64,000 nucleotides of DNA from a virus, in the IMG/VR virus record IMGVR_UViG_3300045988_129956, positions 16,545 to 80,544 of that record; one strand, 5' to 3'. The notes beneath the pieces were generated by a model. It searched no databases. It was given only the letters and a program-made list of their open reading frames with translations, and was not told where the DNA came from. Of this stretch, positions 1 to 11,491 are shown piece by piece; positions within the stretch are counted from its first letter, which is position 1, and every line of letters begins with the position of its first letter. The translations under genes and the position numbers were made by a program.

Positions 1-1746
1 CTTTCCAAGTACGTCAATGAAAACCAGAAAGAGATAGACGAGCTTGAAGCACAATTTCGTTCTTTCGCTGAAATCGTTTATGGCAAACAGGAAGAATCTA
101 AGCGTAACGAGAAGATGGATGCTTTTTTCAGGGATGGCGGGGTTGTTGATCTGAATCAGGTAAAGAAACAAGCTAAGGCTTTTAATATTGCAGAATCAGA
201 TGCTAAGAACTGGATATATGACGAGTATGTTAAGCAAACCAGGAAAATGGCTGAAGGTGGACCTACTCAGAAGGAGCTGGAGGAACTTAGAAAGAATGCT
301 ATCGGCTACAATAAGCTTATCAATCAGTTATTTGGACGAACTCTTAATATGACTGTATCTGATGTTAGTGGTCGTGAGCAGATTCTTAATCCTGATTCCA
401 GTGTCAATGCCAACCAGAATCTCCAACATAGAAGCAATTTAGGATACGGCAGGGTAAATGATAAGGCGGTATCTAATTTGCTCGACATAAACCGATGGGC
501 TAACAAGTACAATACGGATGGTGATTTTGATACAGAAGGTTTCCAGAAAGGATACAACAGGCAATTAAATGCATTGTGGGCGTTAGCTGATGTAGGTGCT
601 ATCACGAATGCTGATGCAGCCAAGAAATTCAGAGATGAGTACGGATTCTGGGGCCAGGATGCCGGAAGCTACGGAGGTAATCAGGCTTATAATTCATTTG
701 CCGTAGATGATAAGTTTGGTCAGACAACAGCCACCCGTTCTTATTATGGATTGGACGTTGTTTCGGCAGAGCAAAAAAGATTGTTAAACGAAAAAGGGAT
801 AAAGAATTATGTTGACTTATTTGGTGATAAATCTGATGCCGCTAAGAAGATTCTGGGCTCCGATTATAATAAGTTTGTTGCTTTAAGAGATAGTGGGTTA
901 ATGCCGGAAATAGACTTCGTTCTTGAGTCTGTTAAACCAGAAATGAAGCCTATTGAGGCCGGTCCCATAGCACCAGACCTTACACCGCCTAAGATTGGAT
1001 CTCCTGGAAGGATAGAGGTAAAACCGAAAGCAAGTACGCCTGCGACTGCAACCGACACCGATACAGAGGAGGTGGTTGAAGACAACGGACCTAAAGGACA
1101 GGGCAGACCGGCGGCGTTCGGTCCTATCTTCCCGGAAATGCTAAGAACCCTTGACACTGGCTTGGAGATAGAAGGCCTGGAAAGACATCAGGCTCCGAGA
1201 ATAGACCCGGTTCTTCAATCTGCTGATCAGTATATCAACGAGCTCAACCGTGCGACATCGGCTCAGTTAGACGCAGTAGGTGACGTGCCCGACTCCCAGC
1301 GGGCTGCTATTCTGGCTAATATGAACGCCATAGCTGGAAGCAATATAGCCAAGTATGTTAATGAAGTAAATTTCAATAACGCAAGGCAAATAAACGAAGC
1401 TGATAGGTTTAATGAAATGGCTTATGTTCAGACAGATGATAAGAACATAGCAGAAAGGCAACGTTATGAATCTGGGTTGTTGAAAGCTATGGCTATAAGG
1501 GATGAAAATCTTGCTCGTTATTATGATAGTATAAACAGCGAGATACAGAATAAGTTTAATGTTCGTACATCGTTGAATACCATAGCTTCCATAGCCCCGA
1601 ATATGAGAATGCTTCCAAGTGGTCAAATTATTTACGTTCAAGGCAATCAGGATGTGATGAATATGGGTGATTATTCTACACCTTATTTGAAGAGCTTGGA
1701 GGATGATGAAGAAGATAAATATAAAAAGAGAAGGAGAAATAGCTGA
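1..1746 (+). CDS. phage virion-associated protein, 5-prime truncated (frame 1 is open from position 1; first in-frame ATG is at 115)
   Basis: Frame 1 has no stop from nt 1. The 543-aa ORF has coiled-coil and Pro/Thr linker segments. Its stop overlaps the next start (ATGA at 1744-1748). It is co-oriented with the giant virion ORFs. Confidence 0.55.
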   Translation, partial: LSKYVNENQKEIDELEAQFRSFAEIVYGKQEESKRNEKMDAFFRDGGVVDLNQVKKQAKAFNIAESDAKNWIYDEYVKQTRKMAEGGPTQKELEELRKNAIGYNKLINQLFGRTLNMTVSDVSGREQILNPDSSVNANQNLQHRSNLGYGRVNDKAVSNLLDINRWANKYNTDGDFDTEGFQKGYNRQLNALWALADVGAITNADAAKKFRDEYGFWGQDAGSYGGNQAYNSFAVDDKFGQTTATRSYYGLDVVSAEQKRLLNEKGIKNYVDLFGDKSDAAKKILGSDYNKFVALRDSGLMPEIDFVLESVKPEMKPIEAGPIAPDLTPPKIGSPGRIEVKPKASTPATATDTDTEEVVEDNGPKGQGRPAAFGPIFPEMLRTLDTGLEIEGLERHQAPRIDPVLQSADQYINELNRATSAQLDAVGDVPDSQRAAILANMNAIAGSNIAKYVNEVNFNNARQINEADRFNEMAYVQTDDKNIAERQRYESGLLKAMAIRDENLARYYDSINSEIQNKFNVRTSLNTIASIAPNMRMLPSGQIIYVQGNQDVMNMGDYSTPYLKSLEDDEEDKYKKRRRNS

Positions 1747-4700
1747 TGGCTTCACAATATAGTATTTTAAGGCAATATGCCCCGTATGTTAGTCCTTACA
1801 ACATAGATCTTGTTAAGGACGTCATGATGTACAAACAGCAGAAGGTTGATGCTGCTCGTGAAAAGATCTATACCCAGGTAGATTATCTTATGGGTCAAGA
1901 GATAGATAAGCCTGAAGCCCGCGCTTATATGGAAGATAAGATGTCAGGTGTGATTGCTAACATCAATCAAAAATTCAAAGGCGTGGATCTTTCTTCTGAT
2001 GGTGTTACGAGAGCCATACAAGGAGAGATCAGTTCGGTGTTGGATGATACGGTCATTAACGCGATTGCCGGCACAAAAGAAGGCAGGAGAATGCATAAAA
2101 TGCTATCTGATTTACAAATAAATAATCCAGAACTTTATTCTGCTGCGAATGCTTATGCGGCTTTAAAGCCGTATAATGAATGGGTGAATGATGGAAAGGC
2201 TGGTTCCCGTCTTGCTCCTCTTCAATATACTCCTTATACTGATTATAATAAGGAATTAAAAGATAGGATAGATTTTATAAGCAAGCTTCATAAAGGAGCT
2301 AAAGTTCAGATTCCTATTCTTGACAAGGATGGTCATCCTACCGGGGCAGTACAAGAAGTAACTAAGGATATGCTTACTCCTGAACAGATAGCTTCTTTTG
2401 CATTGTCAGGGTTATCAGATAAAGCAAGGCAGCAGATGCAGGTGGAGGCTATTTACATGGTAGACTCTAATCCCTCTTTATATTCGTATGATTCTGTTCT
2501 TGGTTTTATGAATAAGCAGATAAGTGATAAGCAGAGGTATGTTGATGCTCTTACTGCCGATCTTTCCGGTTTGGGTTCTGATCCTGCAAAGAAAGAAATG
2601 GTTGAAAATGAAATAAAGAGAGCCAAATCTGAAATAGCTTCTATGAAATCTGAATTTAGCAGAATGGATGAAAGGACTTACGATCCGTATCTTGGAGCGA
2701 TGAAGGTTATTGAAAATAATTTTATTAATAATGCTGCTGCTTCATACGCTTATGATAATTCGTCTTTCATAATCAAAGCCGACGAGCTTTACTGGAAAAC
2801 CAAAGAATATAATCAGAGGGAAAGATTAGCTAATTTGAATTTCGAAAAATGGAAGATAGAATTTGAATATGAAAGAAATAGGGATATTGCAGAGTTTGAA
2901 TATGGTAAGAATAAGGATGAAGCCAGATTTGGATTAGACGAAGAACGTCTGAAGATGCAGAATAGGCTTAATGAAGCCAGAATAGCAAAACTTATGTCTT
3001 CTGGTGCAGGAGCGGCAGGCGGTAGAGCTGGAAGCCGAGCCATGCAGGTGGGCGTTGGCACAAACTCTGGTGGAACTATTTCAGCTAATCCTATCGAAAC
3101 TAAAAATATTAGCATATCAGAAGAAACTCATAAGAAGTTTAATAAGGCATATACAGATCTTGTAACATCCGGAAGTAGACTATCTACAGCCCTTGGTGCT
3201 GAAAACATGAAAAATATTCAAGCTGCCATATCAAGAAATATGACGGATGGAACATCAGGATACAAGTATCTTATGGATGAAGAAAAACTTCTTAAGTATA
3301 TAAAGGACAATGGAGGTCTCTCTAATGATATGTTTGATAAGCTACCTATGGCAGAGAGAAAAGCTGCCACAGATGCTTATATGCAGCTTAATAGCGCTGT
3401 AGACAAGATGGATATAGAGAATGATAGAATTAAGAAGGAGAATAAGATTTATGATAATATTGTATCTGAAATAGCAAATGCGATCTCGCAGAGAGAAGGA
3501 GGTGAACCCGAAATGTACATGGCCTATGCTACGGCGTTATCTCTTAATGATATTTTAAGAAAAAATAGAGGTACAGTCGGCGATGTAGAATCTGGAGTAA
3601 GATATTATGAAAAAGGATTCTCGCCTGCTGATATAGCTACTATAAGAAAGAGGGTGAAAAATGATGGCATTGATTTATCTAAAGTATTTGAGAGGGATAG
3701 CAAAAGTGGCAGGTATTTCTTAAAAAAATACGATGATGTAAAAAATAGTTTCTCGGATGGTGAAGAAAAGGTGTTTTTTAATACACTGTATTCTATTAGC
3801 GGGATGGAAAGCGTTGGAGGTGATGTAGTAAGCGATATTAATATAGCCAATCAAATAACTAAGGTTCAAGATGATGGTATAAATGAGATACGTAAAGAAT
3901 ATCTCGAACTGTATTCACCTAACACAGTAACGTATTCAACCAAATTAACCTCCAAGGAGGCTGGTTATAGAGAGATGGGTGTTCTCAGGGATCTATTTAC
4001 TAAAAAAATGGCAGAGCATCCTGTTGGTAAATCTAAATCATCATCGGCAACTATTGAATCATTTTCTTTGACAGAATCGGGAATAGCCGACAATGGAGAG
4101 AAGACTTACAGTTTGGTTGCTAATCATACTGGTGAAAGAGAGGAAATAGATATTGTTGAGGTATCTGAAACAGAGTTGATAAATAATGGCATAGATCCTG
4201 GTATTAATACTCCTTCCGTCGATATAGGTGGATATGAAAGTGGTATTATAAGACCTACATTTGGAAGTGATACCAATATGTGGTATCCGAAGATGCTTGA
4301 AAATTCAGATATATCACCCGCTTATGCTTCTGTATCTTCAATGATGAAAGTGTTATCAGATATGATAAATGAATCTGGTAATAATTTAGATGATATGCCA
4401 GAACAAAAGGTTTGGCTTCTTAATGCAGCTAAAGATATATTGGATAACAGTGGAAAGCTTGGTGTAAAGGTTGAAGGTTATGATCCTAAGACAAGTTACG
4501 GTTATGGATATGAGACAAGGCTTTATCTTATGGAGAATGGTAAACCTGAGTTAATAGATTCGTTTGATACTCCTAATGTATGGTTTGCGGATAATGTGTC
4601 TAAAGAACTTGCTGTTGCGCCTCAGAAAAAAATAGTTGATTTTGTTGTGGCAGCCATAACAGAGGAGATTAAGGATATGGTGGCGGCAAAAGAAGGAGGT

Positions 4701-4769
4701 AATTTACCTGCGTCTTTGAATAAAAACGGCAAGTTGATGAAGTTGTTGAATAGTGTAAATAGGGAATAA
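1746..4769 (+). CDS. large phage structural or ejected protein (1007 aa), hypothetical
   Basis: Long uninterrupted ORF, translationally coupled to the flanking ORFs. It has a Gly-rich segment (GAGAAGGRAGS) and is protein-like throughout. Confidence 0.65.
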   Translation: MASQYSILRQYAPYVSPYNIDLVKDVMMYKQQKVDAAREKIYTQVDYLMGQEIDKPEARAYMEDKMSGVIANINQKFKGVDLSSDGVTRAIQGEISSVLDDTVINAIAGTKEGRRMHKMLSDLQINNPELYSAANAYAALKPYNEWVNDGKAGSRLAPLQYTPYTDYNKELKDRIDFISKLHKGAKVQIPILDKDGHPTGAVQEVTKDMLTPEQIASFALSGLSDKARQQMQVEAIYMVDSNPSLYSYDSVLGFMNKQISDKQRYVDALTADLSGLGSDPAKKEMVENEIKRAKSEIASMKSEFSRMDERTYDPYLGAMKVIENNFINNAAASYAYDNSSFIIKADELYWKTKEYNQRERLANLNFEKWKIEFEYERNRDIAEFEYGKNKDEARFGLDEERLKMQNRLNEARIAKLMSSGAGAAGGRAGSRAMQVGVGTNSGGTISANPIETKNISISEETHKKFNKAYTDLVTSGSRLSTALGAENMKNIQAAISRNMTDGTSGYKYLMDEEKLLKYIKDNGGLSNDMFDKLPMAERKAATDAYMQLNSAVDKMDIENDRIKKENKIYDNIVSEIANAISQREGGEPEMYMAYATALSLNDILRKNRGTVGDVESGVRYYEKGFSPADIATIRKRVKNDGIDLSKVFERDSKSGRYFLKKYDDVKNSFSDGEEKVFFNTLYSISGMESVGGDVVSDINIANQITKVQDDGINEIRKEYLELYSPNTVTYSTKLTSKEAGYREMGVLRDLFTKKMAEHPVGKSKSSSATIESFSLTESGIADNGEKTYSLVANHTGEREEIDIVEVSETELINNGIDPGINTPSVDIGGYESGIIRPTFGSDTNMWYPKMLENSDISPAYASVSSMMKVLSDMINESGNNLDDMPEQKVWLLNAAKDILDNSGKLGVKVEGYDPKTSYGYGYETRLYLMENGKPELIDSFDTPNVWFADNVSKELAVAPQKKIVDFVVAAITEEIKDMVAAKEGGNLPASLNKNGKLMKLLNSVNRE

Positions 4770-4772
4770 TAT

Positions 4773-7700
4773 ATGGAAAATAAGGAACAGACATTGGTAG
4801 AGAAATCAGGTTTCTTACCATCTACTGGATTAAGAGGGTATAATGCCGTAGTTCCTACGCGATATGAAGAAGAATCTTCTCTTATTGAGGGAGCAAAAAG
4901 AGAGATGGAGAGGATGAAAGTAGGTTCATATACTCCCCCGGTATCAGCCATAAATCCTGATGATGATTCAGAAAAAGGGTCTGATATTAGCGGAATAGAT
5001 ACTTCTTTTGATGTAGACACATCTTTTTCTGGACTAAAATCGGCTCTGAATGGTGGAGATGATCCAAGAAAGAAGAAAGAGGAGTCTTATAATAAGTTAA
5101 ATTCCATGATAAAATCTATTCAAGATAAATCAAGGAATACTTATTCTGGTAAACAAACGTCTTATGGTGAGGTTATAGCTGGTAATCAACAGTCATCTGC
5201 TGTTGATTTTGGTGTATTTGGTAAAGGAAGAACTATTAAGTTAGATGAAGCATATGACTTTTTATCCGATGGGAACATCGGTCTTGCAAAGTTTAAAAGT
5301 TATATGCCAGGAAGGGATAATGAAGATTATTACGGAAGAAGGCAAACTACTTGGAATAAGGCTGTTAATGGTATAGGGAAACTTGTCACAAAAACAGCAT
5401 TATATGGTGTATCAGGAGTAGTAGGTATTATCCCGGCTGCGTATAATCTTATAAAGACTGGTACGTTATCTTCTGCATTTGACAATGATTTTACACGGAC
5501 CATAAATGATATAGATGAAAGAATAAACCACTCTCTTCCTCATTATTATACAAGAGAAGAGCGTGATATGGAATTTTTGCAGAGTCTTGGAACTGCAAAT
5601 TTTATTTTTAATGATGTTATTGGAAATGGTCTATCGTTTACGACAGGAGCTATTCTGTCTGCCTACCTTACAGGTGGGATGGGCGTGTCAAGTCTTGGAG
5701 CTGTTGGCGCTAAAGTAGGAATGAGAGTGGCCGGAAAGATGGCGGCGTCTAAGATTGCGGCAAGTGCTGTAAAATCAGCTTTTGGAGCGTATAGAGCAGG
5801 AGCGATGTACGGCAGGGCTATAGGTAATATGGCCAAGGTAGGAGTAAATACGTTCGTGGGCGCCGGCTGGGAGTCTGCCGTGGAGGCTCAGTCCTTCATG
5901 AAAGACTCTGAAAGTAAATACAAGGAATATTTTAAAAATATGTATGGTCGGAATCCTAATCAGTCTGAGATGGCTGAATTTAAGAGTTCTATTTCCGATA
6001 CGGCAAACAGCATATTTTTAGCTAATATGGGTATAGTTGGATTATCCAATTATCTTCTTCTGGGAAAATATCTTGGAGTAGACACTGGTTTTGCTTCTAA
6101 ATACATACCTGGATTAAAGGGTGTATCAAACACATATAGGGGATCAAAGAGTTTTGTAGATCGCTATTTGTTTGGATTAGGGACTAAGAAGGTAGCGGGT
6201 GATGCTGGAAGATTACAGACGGTAAAAGCAAATTTATTCCAGAAATCCTTAGCTACTATTTGGAATGTATCTAAAAGACCCATATCTGAAGGTGTATGGG
6301 AGGAAGGCATGCAAGGTGTTGCTCAGCGCATGGGAGAAGATTTTATTAGATCAAGATATGATAAGACGTATCTTGATGCTACGTCTTCTATAGTTGATTC
6401 TTTTTCTAAGGCCATAGCTGAACAATTTACAACCAAAGAAGGATTGAAAGAGATTGGTATAGGATCCCTGATTGGTGGTTTATTTGGAGCCAGAAATGGT
6501 GCTTTTGGTTTATATGAAAGGAGAAATAAAGAGCGTACTATTAATACTGATGTTGAGAAATTTAATAGTAATAATGCTTTTACTTCTCAATCTGTAAAAG
6601 ACTCTATGCGAAATTTAGCCGAATTTAATGCTCAAATGAATGATCCTGAATCAGATTATTATTCTAAATTTGAATTATCTGACAGAATGGGAATGTTAGA
6701 GGATACGGCTAACAATTTCAGGTCAATGGTTAAAAGCCTTGACGAAAGTGAGTTGGCTTCTGAAATGAAAGTAGATGAAGAAACTGTTAAAAAATACAAG
6801 GAAGATATTATAAAAGATTTTGATAAGAAGTTAGCCAATTATAAAAAAGCTTCTTCTTTTGCTGAGGCTATTACTGCTGAGACTTCATCTGATCTTTATC
6901 GATCTAATGTTGCTAATGCTGTGTTTAAGGGGTTGGATGCAGAGGATATAGCAATGCAAGCATCAAATGATATTGCTGATTATGTAAATGACAATAATTT
7001 GTTTGATGATATAAATACGTTTTATTCATTATCAAGTCAAGCTTTTGATACAGCTAATCAGTTAAGGGAATTGCGTAATGAGATTAATGATCTGAATGCT
7101 GAAATAGAGAGGTTGGCTACAACTCCGAGAAGAGTAGAGGATGGCAATGATACCGAAGCAGAGGCTATAAAACAAAAAACTATTAAATACGATAATCTTA
7201 ATAAGGAATATAGAAGGTTGTCAGAAGAACTTCTTAGTAGTTATAAAGAAGTATTTTATTCTTTTGATCCTGGAGTATTAGCTCTTGAGTTGTTTAAATC
7301 TGAAACGATAACTGCTGAAGATATATTGAAGGCTTATGACTCCGTAGCTTCTTTAAGTACTTATATTGAGAATAATAAAGGAAAGAAAGAAGCAGAGGAT
7401 TTAAGAAATATGGTTGTGAAATATCAGCAAGCCATTACCCAATATAAGGTTTTACGGTCATTTATGAACTCCATACAGGATAAGAAATTCATGAGACATG
7501 ATTTTTCTTTATTTTCTAAGTTCTTAAATGATATGGTATCTTCTAATACTGAATCTATAGAAAGTGATCGTTTTTATCAGACAGAGGGTAATAATGTCAG
7601 TTTGGATGAAAAAATAGATGAACTTCTGAATAATGGAGAAATAAATTTAGATGAAGCATTTACCATGAAAGTATTTGGTCATCTAAACGATGGTATAACT

Positions 7701-10700
7701 CAGAAGCCGAAAGAGGATATATTGTCTGATTTTGATTATGAGTTGGCAATGAAAGATCTTTTGTCTGCACCTATAGAGGTTAGAGAACGTATCGTAGATA
7801 AGATATATACAGGTAATCAAGATCTTTTATCTCCAAGGGAGAAGGAGATATATGAAAAGTATAAACAGGATATTGATGATTATATATCATATCTTGGTGA
7901 TAGTCCGGCTAAGATGATAAAAGATTTATCGGATAAAGTTAAGAGACTTACTGAACCTCGATCTGTGTATGAGGACAATAAGATCATTATTGATATGGCT
8001 AAATCAAATTTGGAACCAGATCAAAGGCAGGAACTTGATGATGCTATTTCTTCGTATGTGGATATAATGAACAGACGGGACAAAGGGGAGAAAGTTGACG
8101 AAGATAAGCTTGCTGATTCGGTATTTACCATAGAAGATCTTGGCCAGGTTGGAAACATCACGGATCTCCTTCCTTATGTTGAACAAAACAGGATTATTGA
8201 CAAAGGTCGTATCTCTGAATCTACGTTGAGTAATTTTGGGGAAGATGATGCTAATATAGATTCTCTTGTAAATGAGTTAGATGAATCCGATAATACGCCA
8301 GGAGCCAATATAGATAGCGCCCAGAATCCAGAGACGTTGATGGTGAGAAGAATCTCCAATGACGGCAATGAAAGGTATGAAATTGCAGGTCTTAGAGCCG
8401 ATAAATTTATATCTTCAATAAAATCATTGGTTCCTATTCAAATAAGTTCTGAAACGAACGCTAATGGAACTAAAAGGTATTTCCTTAACATAGGTGGAGA
8501 AACGGCTACCGTGATAGAACTTCCTTATCATGCGAGATGGTCTATAGACAAAGAATCGGCTCGTGTTCTTAACCGTTACACAGATGTGTCTATTCAGGAC
8601 GTGGGTAATTCATATTCTTTGGTTTATAAGCGTCTTGATTCAGACGAATTGGTTCCGTACAGAACAGGTGTTGGATTCGGAGAGAATGAAGTAGATAAAA
8701 TAGATCAGGAAGCATTATCTTCTTTGAAGAAAGGAGATAAGGTTAATCTTGAGATAGATGCAAATGATACCTATAATCAGTCTCTTTTTGCCGAATACAA
8801 TGATGCTGTTCAGTCCGGTGATAAAAAAAGAATAGAATCTGCTGAAAATAAGCTGGTATCCAATATGGTTATCAAGGTCATGAGTGGAAACAGATTCGTT
8901 TCTGTTGTTAAAGCTGACACGGGTGGCATAGATGGTATAAGTAAAATAAGAAGAACGGCTTTTAACAAGTGGAAGAAGGATGCCGGCCGGTCGGCTACCA
9001 TCAGCGTCGGCACGCATGTTGTTGCCCAGACCCTTCCTGGAAGACCGGTGTTTAACATGAGAGTAAACGGTCAAGGATATGGTCAGGTAGAAAATCTCCC
9101 TATTACCGAAAAAGGTGCTGAAAAAGTATCTGATGTCGGATATGTATTAAATGGCAAAGTCGTGCTTAAGAACGGCTCTAAATACACAGGCTTCCCATTT
9201 GCTTATTCTATATTAAATGACAAGGGGAATAATTACAAAAATGTAAGAGTTCCGGTAGTTGTCATCAAAGGCAAAAACGGTCTTAATTATCTTTTCCCGG
9301 TTAGTCTACGTTCTGTGGAATCAGAGGAAGGAAAGAAATGGATTTCTTTTATAGATATGCTGCTTGAATCCGGTGACTCTGAATTGTTGCAGATGGGTCA
9401 AGATGACATACAAGATCTTAATGCGTATCTGACCAAGTTAGGTCTTGATCCAGCTTCGTATCAAGTATCGTATTTGAATCCTATTTCAGGTCTTAGAAAA
9501 GCTCGTGAGGCTATAGAAAAATTATCTACAGTTCCTGATGTTGTTAAGTGGGTAGAAGATGAAAGTAGGAGTGTGAAAGACATTGTGACGTCTGAGGTAG
9601 AATCTGGAATAGATTTCGAAGGTGAGATGTTTGTTGCTCCTAAGATCAGGATTCAGTTTGGTAAATCATCTTCCAGACCTAAATCACTTATAGAAGATGA
9701 TCTCCCTTTCTCCGATGAGGGTAAGACCGTTACTTCCAAGGAAGATGTGGATATTTACGAAGAGGAAATGCCAGAGGAAGACCCTGTCCGGGGGACTCGG
9801 CCGGCGCCACCAGCTCAGCCGGCTCCTGCGGCACAAGCTACGCAGTCCTTACATGGCAAGAAGCGCACCTCCAGAAAAAACTTCTCTCTTATGTTAAACG
9901 AAATGGAATCTCATATAGAAAAAGAAGGGTTGCCGCCTTATGCTAATATTTTTGATTTTATAGCAAGGAAGATTGTAGGAGGTGATTTGAGATTTCTTCG
10001 TGAGAGAGGTAATCCTAAAAGTCTTAAGGAGGAAATGGGATTAGAACCTAAAGGAACAGTAGGTGATAAAATATCCACTCCTTCTAAAAAGGGAGGTAAG
10101 ACCTTAGAAGAATATGTTTCTTGGCTTCGTTCTCAAACGGATCAGGTAGTAGCGGATTATGTTGGTCCAAGATCTGACGAACAAATTATATCAGAGTTGA
10201 AAAACTTTTTGAAATATATTAATTTTGTTCCAAGCAAGGCTTTGAATTATTCTCTTAGAATCAATGGCATGGATACCCTAAAAGAATATGGCACAAAAGA
10301 GGAAGTAGAAAAAATGGAATCTGACATCAATAGTTTGGTTTCTGAAGTTTTGCCTACGGTAGATAATCAAACTGTAGAAGATGTTTCTACTGCAATAGAA
10401 TCAAATAACTTGCCTGCCATATGGGAGCCCATGGAAAGCCTTGATATGACAAACGAGGAAAAAATAGAGTTTTTGAATAACGTAGCAGATTTCCTTAGCG
10501 GCATTCCAGAGTATGACGCTGTTGTGGAGTCTATAGAGTCAGAATCAGATAATATTTCAAATAATGGAAAAGAAGGAAGTGCAGAAGGCGGTGCAGTACG
10601 CACTGAGGAAGATGGCGATAAAAAGGGAGATGGAGAAGGCAAAGGACAATCCAGAACAAATGTCGAAGTTAAAGGAAATGTCGAATTACCTGGATCTAAA

Positions 10701-11489
10701 GAAGGAAGAGTAGATAACTATAGGAAGAACGGAGATAAGTTCTCTGACATTGCTGAAGTTACCTTATGGTTACTTAGAAGGGCTGCCGGCATAACCTCTA
10801 TCCCGGAAGGAGAAGAGGTTTATGTAGAGGGAGATGAGGTTAATAGCATTATGACCGATATGGAATCAAGGTACGGGATAGACACCATCAACCACTCGCA
10901 TACGACTAAGGCTATAAGGGATCTTAACGGCGTATCAGGTTATAAAGTAGAATACGGCTTAACCTTTTTAACATACGATCCTTTTATTAGGATATCCAAT
11001 CCAAGGAAAGAATCTAAGACTGCAAAAAACGAACCTCGTATATCCGAAGAGCCGCTTATTCACATATCAAGGGTAACAACCCCTTATTTCCTGTACGGCG
11101 GTGATGAAGCATATACATCTGTTCCGGCTAAGGTAGAACCTATACCAGAGAAGATAATGGGTCGTAATGGCATTAAATTTGGTATGAGCGTAGTCGAGCT
11201 GACCAAATTAGGGTACAAAAAAGCTGGTGGAAACTGGATATACAAATTCTACATGAACTCAGGTGTTTATGATTTGTATAATATCAGTACCGGCGAAGCG
11301 TTTAGAGCAAAACCGGATCTTGGAGTTAAGATAAGTTCCAGCGCATTCATCCGTTCTTTATCTCAATCTGGTAGAAAAATACAAAATATGATGAGTAACA
11401 TGAGCCAGGAAGAGATAGATAGGAATAAGAATCTTGTAGAAGGTTCTGATAATTCGGATTCGATAAATGAGTTAAATAAGGAGTGTTGA
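4773..11489 (+). CDS. giant virion or cargo protein (2238 aa) with an N-terminal glycine-zipper / membrane-active region and a Pro/Ala-rich linker
   Basis: 6.7-kb ORF under the standard code. A Gly/Ala small-residue repeat at aa ~200-370 (GxxxG-like, e.g. GVSGVVGIIPAAY, GGMGVSSLGAVGAKVGMRVAGKMAASKIAASAVKSAFGAY). A PAPPAQPAPAAQ linker lies near nt 9780-9850. Confidence 0.7.
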   Translation: MENKEQTLVEKSGFLPSTGLRGYNAVVPTRYEEESSLIEGAKREMERMKVGSYTPPVSAINPDDDSEKGSDISGIDTSFDVDTSFSGLKSALNGGDDPRKKKEESYNKLNSMIKSIQDKSRNTYSGKQTSYGEVIAGNQQSSAVDFGVFGKGRTIKLDEAYDFLSDGNIGLAKFKSYMPGRDNEDYYGRRQTTWNKAVNGIGKLVTKTALYGVSGVVGIIPAAYNLIKTGTLSSAFDNDFTRTINDIDERINHSLPHYYTREERDMEFLQSLGTANFIFNDVIGNGLSFTTGAILSAYLTGGMGVSSLGAVGAKVGMRVAGKMAASKIAASAVKSAFGAYRAGAMYGRAIGNMAKVGVNTFVGAGWESAVEAQSFMKDSESKYKEYFKNMYGRNPNQSEMAEFKSSISDTANSIFLANMGIVGLSNYLLLGKYLGVDTGFASKYIPGLKGVSNTYRGSKSFVDRYLFGLGTKKVAGDAGRLQTVKANLFQKSLATIWNVSKRPISEGVWEEGMQGVAQRMGEDFIRSRYDKTYLDATSSIVDSFSKAIAEQFTTKEGLKEIGIGSLIGGLFGARNGAFGLYERRNKERTINTDVEKFNSNNAFTSQSVKDSMRNLAEFNAQMNDPESDYYSKFELSDRMGMLEDTANNFRSMVKSLDESELASEMKVDEETVKKYKEDIIKDFDKKLANYKKASSFAEAITAETSSDLYRSNVANAVFKGLDAEDIAMQASNDIADYVNDNNLFDDINTFYSLSSQAFDTANQLRELRNEINDLNAEIERLATTPRRVEDGNDTEAEAIKQKTIKYDNLNKEYRRLSEELLSSYKEVFYSFDPGVLALELFKSETITAEDILKAYDSVASLSTYIENNKGKKEAEDLRNMVVKYQQAITQYKVLRSFMNSIQDKKFMRHDFSLFSKFLNDMVSSNTESIESDRFYQTEGNNVSLDEKIDELLNNGEINLDEAFTMKVFGHLNDGITQKPKEDILSDFDYELAMKDLLSAPIEVRERIVDKIYTGNQDLLSPREKEIYEKYKQDIDDYISYLGDSPAKMIKDLSDKVKRLTEPRSVYEDNKIIIDMAKSNLEPDQRQELDDAISSYVDIMNRRDKGEKVDEDKLADSVFTIEDLGQVGNITDLLPYVEQNRIIDKGRISESTLSNFGEDDANIDSLVNELDESDNTPGANIDSAQNPETLMVRRISNDGNERYEIAGLRADKFISSIKSLVPIQISSETNANGTKRYFLNIGGETATVIELPYHARWSIDKESARVLNRYTDVSIQDVGNSYSLVYKRLDSDELVPYRTGVGFGENEVDKIDQEALSSLKKGDKVNLEIDANDTYNQSLFAEYNDAVQSGDKKRIESAENKLVSNMVIKVMSGNRFVSVVKADTGGIDGISKIRRTAFNKWKKDAGRSATISVGTHVVAQTLPGRPVFNMRVNGQGYGQVENLPITEKGAEKVSDVGYVLNGKVVLKNGSKYTGFPFAYSILNDKGNNYKNVRVPVVVIKGKNGLNYLFPVSLRSVESEEGKKWISFIDMLLESGDSELLQMGQDDIQDLNAYLTKLGLDPASYQVSYLNPISGLRKAREAIEKLSTVPDVVKWVEDESRSVKDIVTSEVESGIDFEGEMFVAPKIRIQFGKSSSRPKSLIEDDLPFSDEGKTVTSKEDVDIYEEEMPEEDPVRGTRPAPPAQPAPAAQATQSLHGKKRTSRKNFSLMLNEMESHIEKEGLPPYANIFDFIARKIVGGDLRFLRERGNPKSLKEEMGLEPKGTVGDKISTPSKKGGKTLEEYVSWLRSQTDQVVADYVGPRSDEQIISELKNFLKYINFVPSKALNYSLRINGMDTLKEYGTKEEVEKMESDINSLVSEVLPTVDNQTVEDVSTAIESNNLPAIWEPMESLDMTNEEKIEFLNNVADFLSGIPEYDAVVESIESESDNISNNGKEGSAEGGAVRTEEDGDKKGDGEGKGQSRTNVEVKGNVELPGSKEGRVDNYRKNGDKFSDIAEVTLWLLRRAAGITSIPEGEEVYVEGDEVNSIMTDMESRYGIDTINHSHTTKAIRDLNGVSGYKVEYGLTFLTYDPFIRISNPRKESKTAKNEPRISEEPLIHISRVTTPYFLYGGDEAYTSVPAKVEPIPEKIMGRNGIKFGMSVVELTKLGYKKAGGNWIYKFYMNSGVYDLYNISTGEAFRAKPDLGVKISSSAFIRSLSQSGRKIQNMMSNMSQEEIDRNKNLVEGSDNSDSINELNKEC

Positions 11490-11491
11490 GT

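Noticed and set aside
324-4769. Multiple 80-160-aa antisense ORFs inside the large plus-strand ORFs (324-623, 864-1157, 1267-1755, 2813-3115, 3605-3850, 4622-5020 etc.)
   Set aside because: They are nested within much longer, protein-like ORFs on the other strand.
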